A stretch of 61,908 nucleotides of DNA from Octopus bimaculoides (lineage: Eukaryota). The DNA is taken from contig NC_069000.1 of NCBI RefSeq assembly GCF_001194135.2, forward strand, positions 32,564,383 through 32,626,290, given 5' to 3'. How positions within the stretch are numbered: position 1 is the first letter of the stretch; the number at the start of each line of letters is the position of its first letter. The notes under the pieces were generated by a model that did no database searches, was not told the origin of the DNA, and worked only from the letters and a program-made list of their open reading frames with translations. This document shows positions 11,050 to 23,697 of this stretch, piece by piece. The position numbers and the translations under genes were made by a program.

Positions 11050-12149
11050 GCAATGTACAAAAGAAACCTCGAATCTGAATTTCAAAGAGGTCATATTGTG
11101 GGTCAGTTTGAAGTTGGACACAGCGTAAAATAGCAGAAAACCTTGAGATCCAGCTTTTTGCTACAGTTAATAGAGTGATGGTACAATTCACAAGAGACGG
11201 GAAGGAGTCCACATCACCTCGCCCAGGTTGATCAGGGCTCTCTGACCGGACCCTTCCCTTTGTTAAGAGAAGTGTGGAGAATAATACTCGTTGCAAGGCT
11301 TCTGACATAGCAGAACACGTTGATGTCGATCCCAGAACAGCTGTCAGCTATCTCCACAACTTGGTTACTATGGCAGAGCAGCAAGAAGGAAGTCGATTCT
11401 TTGACCAGTCAATATCAAGCAGAGAAAATATTTGGCCAGTGAGATGGCGGAGATGCCACTAGCGCTTCGGGACACTGCCATATTCTCCAATGAGTCCAGA
11501 TTTCTGACAGTGGTCAAGTGTGAGTCTAGAGATTCTGTGATCAAGAATTTGAGGTAAAAAGATTGCAGCCAACAATGAAAAATGGCAGCTGTTCTGTGAT
11601 GATCTGAGGAGCAATTTGGAGCAATGGTTGATCAGAGCTGGTAGGGTGTGAGGAAAACATAAACTCAGATAACTATATGTCCATATTGCAGAAAGGACTT
11701 CTTTTAATCTTCTCCAATGATGAAATGATTATTGAAGACTCTTTATTTATGGAAGGTGGGGTTCCTTGTCACACGGCTAAAATGACCCAAAGTTTGTTGG
11801 ATGAGAATAGCCTTAAAAAGTTTCCATGGGCAGGCCAGTCACCAGATATGAACCCTATTAAACACCCCTGGGGCATAATGGACAGGACACTTCGTAAAAA
11901 GAACAAGAAAGCATCTTTTCAGATTACTGCATGAAACTTGGTAAGAAATTCCCCAAGAAAATATGTGTCATCTGACCATTAACAATGCCCAATAAGGTCC
12001 TTGCATTGAAAAATGCAAAGGGCATGTCTACTAAGTATTGAATATTCACATTTTAACAATTAGTAAATGATTTGAATTTATAATTTCAGATTTAAATAAA
12101 TTTGAACGATTATAAGGGTATCTATTTATCTCTGTCGTGTCTGTGTGTA
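11050..12149 (+). mobile_element. Tc1-like (DD34E) transposon, decayed
   Basis: Frameshifted transposase: EFQRGHIVG..TVNRV..SPRPG..YYGRAARRK..IFSNESRF..KNGSCSVMI*GA..FMEGGVPCHTAK..WAGQSPDMNPIKHPW..KGMSTKY. There are 34 residues between the second D and E positions. Confidence 0.85.
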
Positions 12150-12519
12150 TATATATATATATGGGAGTATGTGTGTTTGTCTGCATTTGTGCGTATATGT
12201 GTGTGTCTGAAGAAATTTAGCGAGTAATAAATAATGGATTAAGAGCTATCGCAAAGGTACGTAGCTTTCGCTAAATTTAAAATGTCTCATTCCTCTTTCA
12301 GACATATCAGTAGTATTAACATGACAGATTCCAGTCTGACATGGAAATACAAAGACACGCCGTGCTTATGGCTTTAGCAAATGATTACAGCAACTCAATG
12401 TCGGCTAAGATATTGAGGCATTGGATAAAAGTGTATACACATATTATGTACATAGAAATGCTTGCTATTTACTACAGACACACATCTTGGGAAACAGAAG
12501 AACAAGAAGATGAAAAGAC

Positions 12520-12581
<62 letters not shown>

Positions 12582-12680
12582 AAGAAGAAGAAGAAGAAGA
12601 AGAAGAAGAAGAAGAAGAAGAAGAAGAAGAAGAAGAAGAAGAAGAAGAAGAAGAAGAAGAAGAAGAAGAAGAAGAAGAAG
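12520..12680. repeat. (GTA)n(GAA)n compound microsatellite
   Basis: Read directly. Confidence 0.95.
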
Positions 12681-13187
12681 AAATATTTTCATAAGTAATG
12701 GAAGACAAAGCGTGAAACTGGAGAAAAAAATAAAGTTAAAATGAACTGCGAAAGGAGGGAATATAAGAAGCGATGTGATCGGGTATAGCAGTGTGTATAA
12801 CGGAAATGATTCCAAATATTGTGTTTAATATAGGAGAGATAACACATTATATTACTCGAAATAAGAATTGAAAACCGTAATAAAATACATAATTAGATAT
12901 CAGAATTGCGAGATATAATGAAATATACACTAATTAAGGCAATATATAACTAGATTGTCAAAATGTAATAAGTAAACTCTAACTAGATTGTAGATATTAG
13001 CTTGCGGTAACAAGATATAATCTACTCTGTATAAAACATCTACGAGGTCAATTAATCCGCCAGAAATAGCAGACAAATCTCACTTTACTGTCTTAGAAAA
13101 AAAAATGCTAGGAGAAAGTTGATAACGTTGTCCTTGGTATAATATGCGTCAAGTACATGGATGAGATGGGGAAAATGTGAACGTATA

Positions 13188-13568
13188 TTCATTAGACTAT
13201 GGCCATGCTGGGGCACCGCCATGAAGAATTTTTAGTCGAATGAATCGACCCCAGTACTTATTTTTTAAGCCTGGTAATTATGCTATCGGTCTCTTTTGTG
13301 ACACCACTAAGTTACGGGGACGTAAATATACCAATAGCAGTTGTCAAGTGGTGGTGAGGGACGAAAACAGACACAGACACACGCACACATACATACATAC
13401 ATACATACATACACGACGGACTTCTCAGTTTTCGTCCAACAGATCCCCTCACAGGCTTTGGCCGAGGCTGTAGTAGATGACACTTCCTCAAGGTGCCACG
13501 CAGGGAAATTGGGCCCAGAACCATGTGGTTGAAAAGCAAGCTTCTTACCAAACAGCGCGCCTACGCCT
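13188..13568 (-). mobile_element. SINE family B, full length
   Basis: Reverse complement: ggcgtaggcgcgctgtttggtaagaagcttgc..aaccacatggttctgggc..gtggcaccttgaggaagtgtc, internal microsatellite, tail ..gcggtgccccagcatggcc. Confidence 0.85.
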
Positions 13569-13989
13569 ATGATTTTATCAAAGTTTCCGAATTGGATCGA
13601 TATTTATATCAAATTTATATTAACATCCTTTTTATAGTACTCTTATAAATAGATTAAAACGAGAGGTTACGGCTGGAAAATTTTATCGGAAAGGTTAACA
13701 AGATCCGGACTGACATAGAAACAAGTAAAATAATGAGTTATAAAATTACATAACTGAATTAAAGAACGTTGATAAAATTATAGGTGCGCAAGATTGTGTG
13801 TGCATGTGTGTTTGTGTGTATGTATGATATATGTACGAGTGTATATTTATGTTCTCCTCTTTTTAATAGAGAGTAAACCTTGACAAACGAACCACCTACT
13901 TGGTAACAAGGTTTTGAAAGAAAGTGTCTTCTTTTAACTATTATCCTTTAAATCTTAAGAAAATCTTTCAGATTGTTATATAGTACATG

Positions 13990-14160
13990 TCCGTACTAGC
14001 GTACGTACGTTCGCAGCTATGCATGTATGTATGTATGTATGTATGTATGTATGTAGGTATGTATGTTGTACGTACTTACGTATGTATGTATGTATGTATG
14101 TATGTATGTACGTACTTATGTATGTATGTATGTTGTACGTACTTACGTATGTATGTATGT
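13990..14160. repeat. (ATGT)n microsatellite with recurring gtacgtactta interruptions
   Basis: Read directly. Confidence 0.9.
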
Positions 14161-14169
14161 AGGACTCCC

Positions 14170-14520
14170 GCTGGTCTTCCAGCACGCTGGACAATAATCC
14201 GGAATTTATTGGCGTCCGTTCTACTGCTAAAGAGTCATTAAACCAGCAGTAGGTTTTTTTCATTAAACCAGCAGTAGGTCTTGTTTTTAGTCCTGCTGGG
14301 TTCCTAGCATCCCTCCTTACCGTATACGAGTGGGATTGCACTGGGCATTCTGGGAATCTTTGATAATGATTCCAATTTCCTGAACATGTGACGAGATATA
14401 TTGGCTCGGTTTGTCTCTCAAACACATCCATACTGTGGAGGGTACCTATGAGAGGTTGTACAAGCCTTATTGAACCTAAACTTCTGCACACATTGCCCGT
14501 GACGGTCATAATCGTCTACG
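14170..14520 (-). mobile_element. Possible decayed non-LTR (RTEX-like) C-terminal relic
   Basis: Minus-strand pieces KFRFNKAC..QYGCV*ETNRANI..LVYGKEG weakly resemble LLYGCEVW..VYGELG. Contains a 20-bp direct repeat, tcattaaaccagcagtaggt, twice. Confidence 0.25.
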
Positions 14521-15144
14521 AGCCATCCATCCATCCATACATGCATACACGCAGACAAACAGACAGACAGACAGACATTTGTGTATATGTATATGCTTGT
14601 ATGTATGTATGATGTATGTATGTAAGTACGTATGCAAGCTTTCATTTATGTACCTATGCATAAAACAAGTTATAACGTGATATAAAATGTGTAACTAGCT
14701 ACTAAAGGTGTCGTTGGAGCATCGAATACAATATCTTCAGGCAATTAACCTGACTCCATGCACACGGAGTTCAAATCCCACAAAGATTAGCTTTGCACTT
14801 TGACCTACCGAGACAAAACATTAAGTACCGGTCAAGTATTGGATTCTTCTCAATGGTGTTGTCCCTCTCTGAAAAGCTGAGGTGTGTCGTAAGCGATGCT
14901 GTGACAATCCAAACACAGGGTCACTTTCACCAGGATGGAAGCAGAATTCAGCAAGACGCTAGATAACTTTTGTCGTTTTAAAAACAGGAAAGGAGGGAAA
15001 AAACAGTGAAACAAAGTAAGGGATGGAACGGAAATGAAAAAGAACTGTGTTTGTGTGTATGTGTGTGTGTGTCTGCGCGTGTGTGTGTGTATGCGTGCGT
15101 GTGTGTTTATGCATATGTGTGTGTGTGTTTGTGTATCTGTGTGT

Positions 15145-15175
<31 letters not shown>

Positions 15176-17589
15176 CAAAGTGAAAGAAAGAAAGAGAGAG
15201 AGAAATGGTGTCATACAAGAAGCCCCAACTAGATTGTTCAAGTATATGACTCTATACAGAAGACGTTGGATAGTTGTCTGGTTGCGCACTCAGCTTCGCA
15301 ACCATGTGTTGAAGTTTGTTCATACAGGGCAGCACTTTGGGCACATTTCTTCGAATGTAACATCGGATTGATAAATGCACTATGACTTGAATTTGCGCGC
15401 GCAGTGTGCGTGTGTTCATGCGTGTGTGATTGTATGTGTGTGTAGTGTGTACGTGCGCGCGTTTCTTTCGGAATGTGTATAGCTGTATCAACAGGAGTAT
15501 CGAATAGCAACTTTTCATATATAAAGACAACTTATGGCTTCGATAAATATAGCTCGATAAAATATATTGCAGCCTGAAAAAGGTAATGATGTCGTTGTGT
15601 TCGTCTAAAATCCTAGACGTCAGTGCTACAGCATGACCATATTTCAAACATTGATAAAAAGTAAACTATAATGAAAGACGTTACAAACATATAACTGAAT
15701 GCAAGTAGTTGATAGAAGCGAACAAAATAACGAGATGTAAGCAGAAAATTAGGATAAATTATAAATTTGTCAAAAGTATAACAATATATACCTTTGTTAT
15801 ATGTATTTCCATGCCGTTTGACATAGTTTAGTGAGCCAAAAGTAATCTAAATTAACTGACCCGTCATATGAACAAAATCCTTTGCGTTGATTGTAAATGG
15901 ATCAAAAATGTTATGAATATATGCGCTGGTGATTGAGTGAAAACTCGGGACATGGTGTGGTTTTGGTATTCCTCTTCAGTGAAGTATATGTAATGTTACT
16001 AATATTTAGATAGTGTTTAGATTTTGCGTCAGTATTAGTTACACTGATTAAGCATTTTCACCTGAGATAGAAAAATTTCTCATCACTGCCTTCTGAATAA
16101 AATTTTTAAAAATCACCGAAACATCGCTACGTGTTGGCTAACATACTTAAAATACGGTGCCAAATACATTGTTAAATGAATTCAAAAGACATTCATCATG
16201 GGAAGTACAATAATGAGCAAGCAGTATGGCATTCCTGTAAATAGGGCAAATCTTAACTTCGCTACTTAAAAATACTCTGGCTATGTCCATAAACTTCAAC
16301 AATCCTGCATTTAACACCATTGATATACCACGTACTTTTAGTGGCTGAGTTATTTCATTAGACAATGTAGACAACTTCACATATCGAAGAAACCTTATAA
16401 GCTACGTGAACCAAAGAAAACATGTGAGCATTCAGTGTTTACTAAACGATGTAGAGCAGATGTAAATATTAGGTCAATCTGGAAGTTTAGCTAAAACTAA
16501 CAAAGATGTCCTTCAAAACAACAATGTTGAATCAGTCCTAATGTAGTATAACTCAAAAATCTGACGCGAAATGAAAGACGACACGAGTTAATCATTTCTT
16601 TACTCAATAAGTACCTGATGAAAAACTATTGCAATAACATCCTCCAAATGTGCCATGACAAAAGAGAAGTTGTACGACGAAACTTATTAGAATAGCATAG
16701 GCATTATAAATACGTCAACGGTCAGTACTCACACTCAGAATGGACCAACAAAATATATTAAAGGTAGCGTTAGAATGGGTGCTACTTGCAATACAACAAG
16801 CGCTGCGTCCAAAGAACACCGGTCGGAGAATATTTGAAGGTGAGATGAAAGGAATGGATGTTTCATTTGTATGACAAAGAGAATTGTTAAAGACCCGTCT
16901 CAGTGAATTTGAATCGTCGTAGCCTTATTTCTAAATTGGGATTATTAGGCAAAATACCTCCACTTTCGTAGTTTCGTCTCAAATGACGGCACACGTGATG
17001 CATATTGTCGGCGGTAGTATTTGCGATTTTCCGGTCGTTACCGCGGTTATTTCTTCAGACGTGTTACTTAACCAGACCGGGGGGATAAACCTATTTGCAC
17101 GTCCGAAAAACCTTGTGAATGAGTCCAGTAAAGCAAAACTAAAAGTGTAGACACCGAGAAAAGTAGATAAAAAATAAGCTATGGTACTTTGGTTTAGAGC
17201 GATTTCTGATAGACTAGATTTTCGGCCACCTGCTGCACCTGAAACGCAGTACCAGCCGTCTTCGGTCTCTATCAGCACGAAATTTATATCCTTTACAGCT
17301 CAGATATGGCTACCTGGAAATGCGTTTCTCTAACACTACGATAAAGTCTCATTTCGCGGGTAGCTACTATTGCTTATCTCAGGAGTGATCGTTGCCTTTA
17401 GGCATTCTTGACACCGCTCACTTTGCAACGGTGAAGTAGTTCCACTTGAGAAATACCTCCACATTTATAGTTTCATCTGAAATGGTGGTACATGCGGCTA
17501 TGTCTTCAGTTCTGGCTCTTTAAGAAGTAGTCATGAAAAATCTACAATTGTTGCATAAATCAGATCACGGTTCCAATCATCAGAGATTC

Positions 17590-19640
17590 CTCTTCTGAAG
17601 GAAGAGATGCAATGGCACGTACAGACATCACAGAGTCCATAGTTAAATTATAATATGGAATGAGATGCAGATTAAACCAAGTGGGATTGCAGATGATGTG
17701 GTAGCGGCGAGAATGGCACTCGACCATTTCTTCAAAGTAAAACATGAAGGATGTATTGTCCGAGCTGAGATGCGTGCCTTGAAAGGCGAAGGCTCAAAAG
17801 GTGTTGGTTGGGCTCGGGTTGCGGAGGCACAGCACGGACACAAATCTAGTATCCGCGCTGTGACTGATCTCAGGGCCTTGTACACTCCGATTCCAAACAG
17901 ATGAGCGCAGTGGTTTGGCAGCATTTCGCCGACTATTTTTAGGAATGGCATTCTTGATACAGTTGGTTTTGAGGCATACCTCGAGGGTATTCCGCGCCTA
18001 TCGGACAACGATATCGAGTGCTGGAAGAAGCCGATTTCAATGGAGGAAGTGGAAAATGTACTGCCCCTCTCCCTTCTTTTATATATTTTTGCTTTAGAAC
18101 CTTTGCTGCGAAGGATGGAGAATTTCAGGGGTAGCCCGCTGGAACTAGGTCACTGGAGATCTATGTCTGCATACGCGGACACCGTCAGTGTTATGGTATC
18201 TGACTTTTCGGACATAGACAAGATCGACACTACACTGAAAGAATATCAGGAATGCACAGGAGCACTCATAAACCAGGACAAGTCAGTAGGTCTACAACTA
18301 GGATCTTGGAGAGGCAAGTCGACTAGTAACGATTTCTGTCGCTGGACGGAGTGTCCAGTGAAAGTGCTTGGATCTCCAGATGTATAGGGACTGAGAAGAG
18401 GTGATGACTAGGTAGCCAAGCTCACCCAGAAATTGGCATCGAAGAAGTCACCTCTGAAAGGCCGGATGGAAGTAACGAATGCATATATCGCCTCGGCAGT
18501 GTACTACAGCCTAGGAATCGCACCTTCTCTTAAGAAAACTCTGACCAGATTGGGGCTCTTGCTTTTCGGATTCTTATGGAAGGGTCTGGTTCCGCAGGTC
18601 AGAAAATTCATTTGCTGTCAACACCCACAGGTAGTAGTCTTGGGATGTAGTCCTCAAGGCCGCTGCGCCACGCTTTGAGGTTGTCGTGCCTACAGAAATA
18701 TCAAAGTCACTACGATGATGTGGACGACGATGGCGAAAATAAGGGTGAACTGGTTTGGGCGTCTTTCGTGTGACACGTCTTTCAAGAACTCATCTCATTG
18801 ACAGAGCTGCAGTCATGGGTCTAACGTAGGCCAAGGTTGGGTGTTTGACAACTAGAATATTGCCTGGCGCTCACTGCATTATACCAGCCGCATAAAACCC
18901 TTAGCGGGAAAACAACCTAAGATTTCTATAGGGGCCAAGTTGAGGGTATGTGATGATGGCCTAGGACTGGATCTAGGTATCGACGAGAACAGTCTGAGTA
19001 ATGTCTTCCAGGGGACCTTCGGGTCGAAGATCATGGACAATTTTCAAAAGTCTTTCAATGGTTGTGCTGCAGATGGGCATTGCCCGTTCGAGACACTTTT
19101 CAGGTATGGAAGTGCCATTTGCCGAACCTGCCGGAGATGCTTTCAAGGGGACGAAACCGTCCTGCATGCAATAATTCAGTGTCCATGCATTAGAAAGCTA
19201 TGGGGTTGTATGGAGCAGATTTTGTCGCGTGTAAGACGAACTGAGCTGTCTGCCTGGTGGCTGTGGCAAAAGAGGCTGTGTGTTGGACCCGTCTGAAAAG
19301 TTTGAAAACAAGCACACTCATATCTGGTCAAGCCCTCATCAATTTCTTCAAATATCATTTGAAGAGGAAAGTGAGGGCAGAGAAGGGGGTGCTGCCTTTT
19401 AGTGTGTTTATCAAAAGGAGGTCATCAGTGGCAAGACTGGTGAGACTGAATGGATCTACTCTGAACATGGTTTTTTAAGCAAAAGGAAAGAAGCTGGAAG
19501 AGGGTACTTCCCCATGGCAGAATAATCCGGGATTTTGTGTGGAGCTTACTCCGGATTACCCTAAGTGAACTTGCCCGCTATTAGGGATTCTATTTATTTA
19601 TTTATTTATTTATCTATTTATATTATTTATTTATATTATT
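17590..19640 (+). mobile_element. Tx1/L1-clade LINE, 5'-truncated and internally deleted
   Basis: RT motifs PLSLLLYIFALEPLL, SAYADTV (YADD site) and GALINQDKS..VKVLG; downstream LKGR..YIAS..FLWKG; CCHC knuckle CRRCFQGDETVLHAIIQC; (TATT)n tail at ~19590-19640. Confidence 0.85.
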
Positions 19641-19645
19641 ATTAC

Positions 19646-19840
19646 CGCGGAGAGCTGGCAAAATGGTAGCTCGCTGGAAAAAATGCTTAGCAGCGTTTCG
19701 TCCGTTCTTACGTTCTGAGTTCAAATTTCTTTCATCTTTTCGGGATCGATAAAATAAGTTCCACTCGAACACTGGAGTCGATGTAATCGACTAGCCTCCT
19801 CCCCAAAAATTTCAGGCCCTTGTGCCTATAGTAGAAAGGA
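19646..19840 (+). mobile_element. SINE family A
   Basis: gagctggcaaaatggtagc..gttctgagttcaaattt..ctggagtcgatgtaatcgactag..gtagaaagga, followed by an (ATT)n tail. Confidence 0.85.
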
Positions 19841-19846
19841 TTATTA

Positions 19847-19910
<64 letters not shown>

Positions 19911-19935
19911 CATTATTATTATTATTATTATTATT
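19841..19935. repeat. (TTA)n array (expanded SINE A tail)
   Basis: Read directly; contiguous with the SINE 3' end. Confidence 0.95.
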
Positions 19936-19940
19936 GATAA

Positions 19941-20152
19941 GGCGGCGAGCAGGCAAAATCGTTAGCACGCCGGGCGAGATGGTTAGCGGCATTTCGTCCT
20001 TTTTTATGTTCTGATCTTATTTTCCGCCGACATGGACGTTGCCTTTCATTATTTCAGGGTCGATAAGATAAGCGCCAGTTGATGACTTGGGTCGATATAA
20101 TGGACTCATCCCCTCCCCCTAACTTGCTGGCCTCGTGCCAAAATTCGAAACC
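19941..20152 (+). mobile_element. SINE family A
   Basis: ggcggcgagcaggcaaaatcgttagcacgccgggcg..ggcctcgtgccaaaattcgaaacca. Confidence 0.85.
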
Positions 20153-21043
20153 AGTAAACCATTATCATTGTTGACGTAAATTTTTAATTTTGTCTTTTTT
20201 TTTTGTTTGTAATGTGTATTTCTTCGTTATGTGAATTATAATTTCTCATTTAATAGAATTTTATTTATTTATTTATTTAGATACTTCTTCATTTATTTAA
20301 ACATTTGAATAAAACTAGTTCTCATACTCCCGTACTAGACTCGGGGACAGATTTCTTGATACAATCACACGTGTGGACAATAAGTAAAACTACTTCATTT
20401 TATAAACTGTATTAGAATTAGTAGAGTTCTTTCATAGATTTTTGTCTACCTCAGTTATTATATAATTTTGTATTCTTTTGTTCTCTAAGACACTCTTTCA
20501 CTCACAGATGTTAACCTATTGGCCACATTGCTAATACAAACACGTTTATAGACTAAGTGAAGCTACGAGCTGAAGTAGAAGCCTTAATGCAGTCACCCAA
20601 CTTGCTAGAAATATTAGTCAAATATTTCTCAAATCACACACTACTATTTTAAGAAGAAAAGAAAAGAACGAAGGACATATGGTTAGGATAAACTATGTCA
20701 GGAATGACAGGATGGTCATTACTGGAATGTCTTCTATTAGAGTTGAACTAGAGCTAAACAACATAAAAAATTATGTGTAAACATTGTTTAGCCATATGTT
20801 TTCTTGTTGTTGTTGTTGTTGTTTGGCAGAGCAACAATCTTGATCTGACCCAGCAATCCATTGATCCAATGTCGTTTCATCCGTGACTGTTCTATTTTAC
20901 TCTTTTATGTGAGTCTTATATGTGAGTATATGCCAGAAACACACATACACACATGCACATACACGCACACTCACACACATATATATTTATATGTACATAA
21001 TATATACATACATACGCACTTACGCATGCCTATATAAACAAAT

Positions 21044-21076
<33 letters not shown>

Positions 21077-21544
21077 TTTATATATATTCAACAATATCAG
21101 TATGCGTGATTTTATCTGTACATATATATCTGTCGTATGTTCCGTAACTTCATGGACCTTGAAATGATGTTCGATAAAATATGTAGCCTACTAGAACAAA
21201 TAGTGAAGTCAAAATGAGAGAGGAACCACCTGAAGAATTTGCACAACGTGGCCCAAAGTCCCATAAGCGAAACCAGTAGAAAATAAGTATTGAATGTATA
21301 CCCGCGGATCCCAGTGAAACTTCTTATATATTTTACAAGTATTGGAACACTTTTTTTATATATAGTTTGTGTTATTATTTTGAAATTCACGAAATCTACA
21401 AAAATATTTCCCGCCAACAATATATGTACATTTAAAATACAGTGACATCTATTTTATAACTAATGTTATTGCGTTTATATATATATATATATNNNNNNNN
21501 NNNNNNNNNNNNNNNNNNNNNNNNNNNNNNNNNNNNNNATATAT

Positions 21545-21720
21545 TTATATTGGGAGAATTCACAAAAAAAAAGACGAAGACAGGTGGTATAGAAAACAAA
21601 GAGATGTATTAGTATAACGCTCGGGAATTGAAAAAGTCTTTACCGTTTCGAGCCTACGCTCTTCCACAGAAAGAAACAAGGAGAGAAACAAGGAGAGAGA
21701 AAAATGTGTGTAGTGGTTAG
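21545..21720 (-). mobile_element. Short repeat carrying a hammerhead-like motif (probable Penelope-like pLTR derivative), copy 1
   Basis: Shares gggagaatt.ac.aaaaaaa..gacaggtggt.ta.a.aacaaa..gatgtattagt.taacgctcgggaa with 53961-54135. PLE origin is inferred from the hammerhead-like motif. Confidence 0.55.
21636..21674 (-). ncRNA. Minimal type-I hammerhead-like motif, variant core, probably inactive in this copy
   Basis: Minus strand: ucuuu CUGUGGA a GAGC guag GCUC GAAA cggu aaaga. Stems I and II pair, but the cleavage-site region deviates from ACGU-H. Confidence 0.4.
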
Positions 21721-22189
21721 CGATCTATCATGATGTATGTATGTTTGTATGTATGTATGTATGTATGTATGTATGTATGCATGTATGTTTGTATGTATTC
21801 AGCCTTGTTTATGATATTTTACCATCGTGTTTCAGGTTATACTGTTCTTAATAATATTCTTTCCCTCGTACAGGAGCAAAAGTAATGGACAAGTTTCTAA
21901 CAAAATCGTTCTTCTAGAGGATGTCGACATCCATATTTTGCTCAGTTGTTTTGTACAATTAGGCATATGCTTCTCATTTATCAGAATACATTAATACAAG
22001 ATACTTCTACCGATATGAAAAGGGTATTAATAGCGCAATGGGACAAATACTGAGTGTAATGTTGCTTCACTGACACATCTGTGAACGTGCTGCTGATATG
22101 TACACACATGCTCTGATCACATCTCACAGAAAGCCATCCCACTGATCAACAAAGTCAACTCATCTGTATATTTCATTCTTTCTTTTTAA

Positions 22190-22500
22190 AAACCACTTCC
22201 TAACTTCCTATCACAGCTACAACGGCCTCTGTCCTTCGGAGCTAGTTAGTTGGATATCATCTTCACGTTTAAATCTATCGATACGTGCTACATAAGACGC
22301 ACCATGAGCAAAGAGTCGAGATTCTACGCTTCTCACATATAGAGCGTCTCAAACCGCTCTATGAGAAAGGCGGATTTGCATAAACAACTCCACGCAATCT
22401 CTGAGAGTCAACACCCAGAAATATTCTTCACCCGAATGTTCTACCTGAAGACATTTGACTTTCTAATGTTCAAGGTGAATATTACCCACATCAATCTTTC
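22190..22500 (+). mobile_element. CR1/L2-like LINE 3' relic
   Basis: Pieces YHSYNGLCPSEL and FFTRM..TFDFLMFKVNITHINL resemble the CR1-type terminus (YYNG.C.SEL..SFFPRT..YDL..FK.NIN). Confidence 0.45.
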
Positions 22501-23354
22501 CGGCTTTGAAAGGTGTACAGAGTTCATGGCCGCTTCTCATGACTAGATCATTAAAAAATATTATTTTATAGGTTTTTGTACTAGATTATTCTTTACGATA
22601 TCACGTCAGTTATATTTCCAATGCAAATAGCGGTGTCTAGACTAGACGTCAGTGAAACTACTTTATTTTATGACTAAAAATATTATATTATACTGTTTAT
22701 ATATTTTTCTCACAAACCTAATTATTGCATTACACATTTCTCTGAAGTTTATTTTGTTTCAATAATATAACCTCACTCTCAGACATTGTAAATGGTTGGA
22801 CAACTTCATCTTTCATGATATCAGTTATTACATAATGGCAGTTTCACATAGTTTCGCGTTCTTGAGTTAACACCTAGTACTTACAGTGATTATTAAACAG
22901 AAACTCTGTTGTTGCCAAACAAAATTCAGTGACCTCTTTCAAAGAGTTACAGAAAATTGTTGCAAAAGTTAATTAGTTTTCTATGCCAACAGACAAAAAT
23001 AAGGGTTCCAGTGAACACGGATTTTAGAACATATATGCATGTGTGTGTGTGATTGTGTGTATGTATGTCTGTACGTGCGTATGTATATGTAAGTGTTTAT
23101 TCATGTATATGTATTTCTATACCCGGGTCTGAGTAAATAACGGTGGAAGGATTTCGTATACATTCTGACTGGCTTCTGTACTCGCTAAAATGGATTTATG
23201 ATTTGTTTCAACATTGTCTTACTTTATATTCCCAAGAGAAGAAGTTGAGTGCCCAAAATGTCAATAGACTGCAATGAATGACATTTATTTCAGATACAAT
23301 GTATATCTTTGCATTGTTGAAGGTTTCTTTTATCCAAACGCTCGCTTATGCGTA

Positions 23355-23670
23355 CCGAGATGGTATCGAAATGTTCCCGAATTAGTTATATCTGATTAAA
23401 AGTTACTTGGTTTTAACTAAGTTTTAACTTCATCTCCCTAGAAATAGTCACCTTGCGCAGCAATGCACCGGTACCTGCGTTCCTGCTACTTTTGGAATCC
23501 GGCTTGGAAGTCATTCTCGTAAGCGAGTCGAGGACCTTCTGCGATTCACGCTGGATCGCGACAACGGTGTTAAAACAATGATCTTTCAGCTGTACTTTCA
23601 TCTTGGGGAAAAGATGGAAGTCCGCAGGTGCTAAATCTTGTGAATAGGTATGGTGCGGTAAAACATACAA
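23355..23670 (-). mobile_element. Mariner transposon 3' fragment with one TIR
   Basis: ORF 23413..23697 contains LPHHTYSQDLAPADFHLFPKMK; after a frameshift ENDFQAGFQK*QERWDRCIAAQGDYF. TA plus TIR-like ccgagatggtatcgaaatgttcccg at 23353-23380. Confidence 0.85.
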
Positions 23671-23697
23671 ACCTATACGTTTATAAACATACTGCAT

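Noticed and set aside
11480-11860. All three Tc1 catalytic residues substituted (D>N, D>G, E>K)
   Set aside because: The element has many stops and frameshifts, so this fits neutral decay rather than domestication.
12341-12815. ORFs with poly-V/poly-E, poly-L or poly-S/T tracts
   Set aside because: Translations of the (GTA)n(GAA)n microsatellite; there are no splice signals or recognisable domains.
16700-16900. Possible R4-like relic (NGQY..LLAIQQAL..CFIC)
   Set aside because: Similarity is too fragmentary across frames to support a call.
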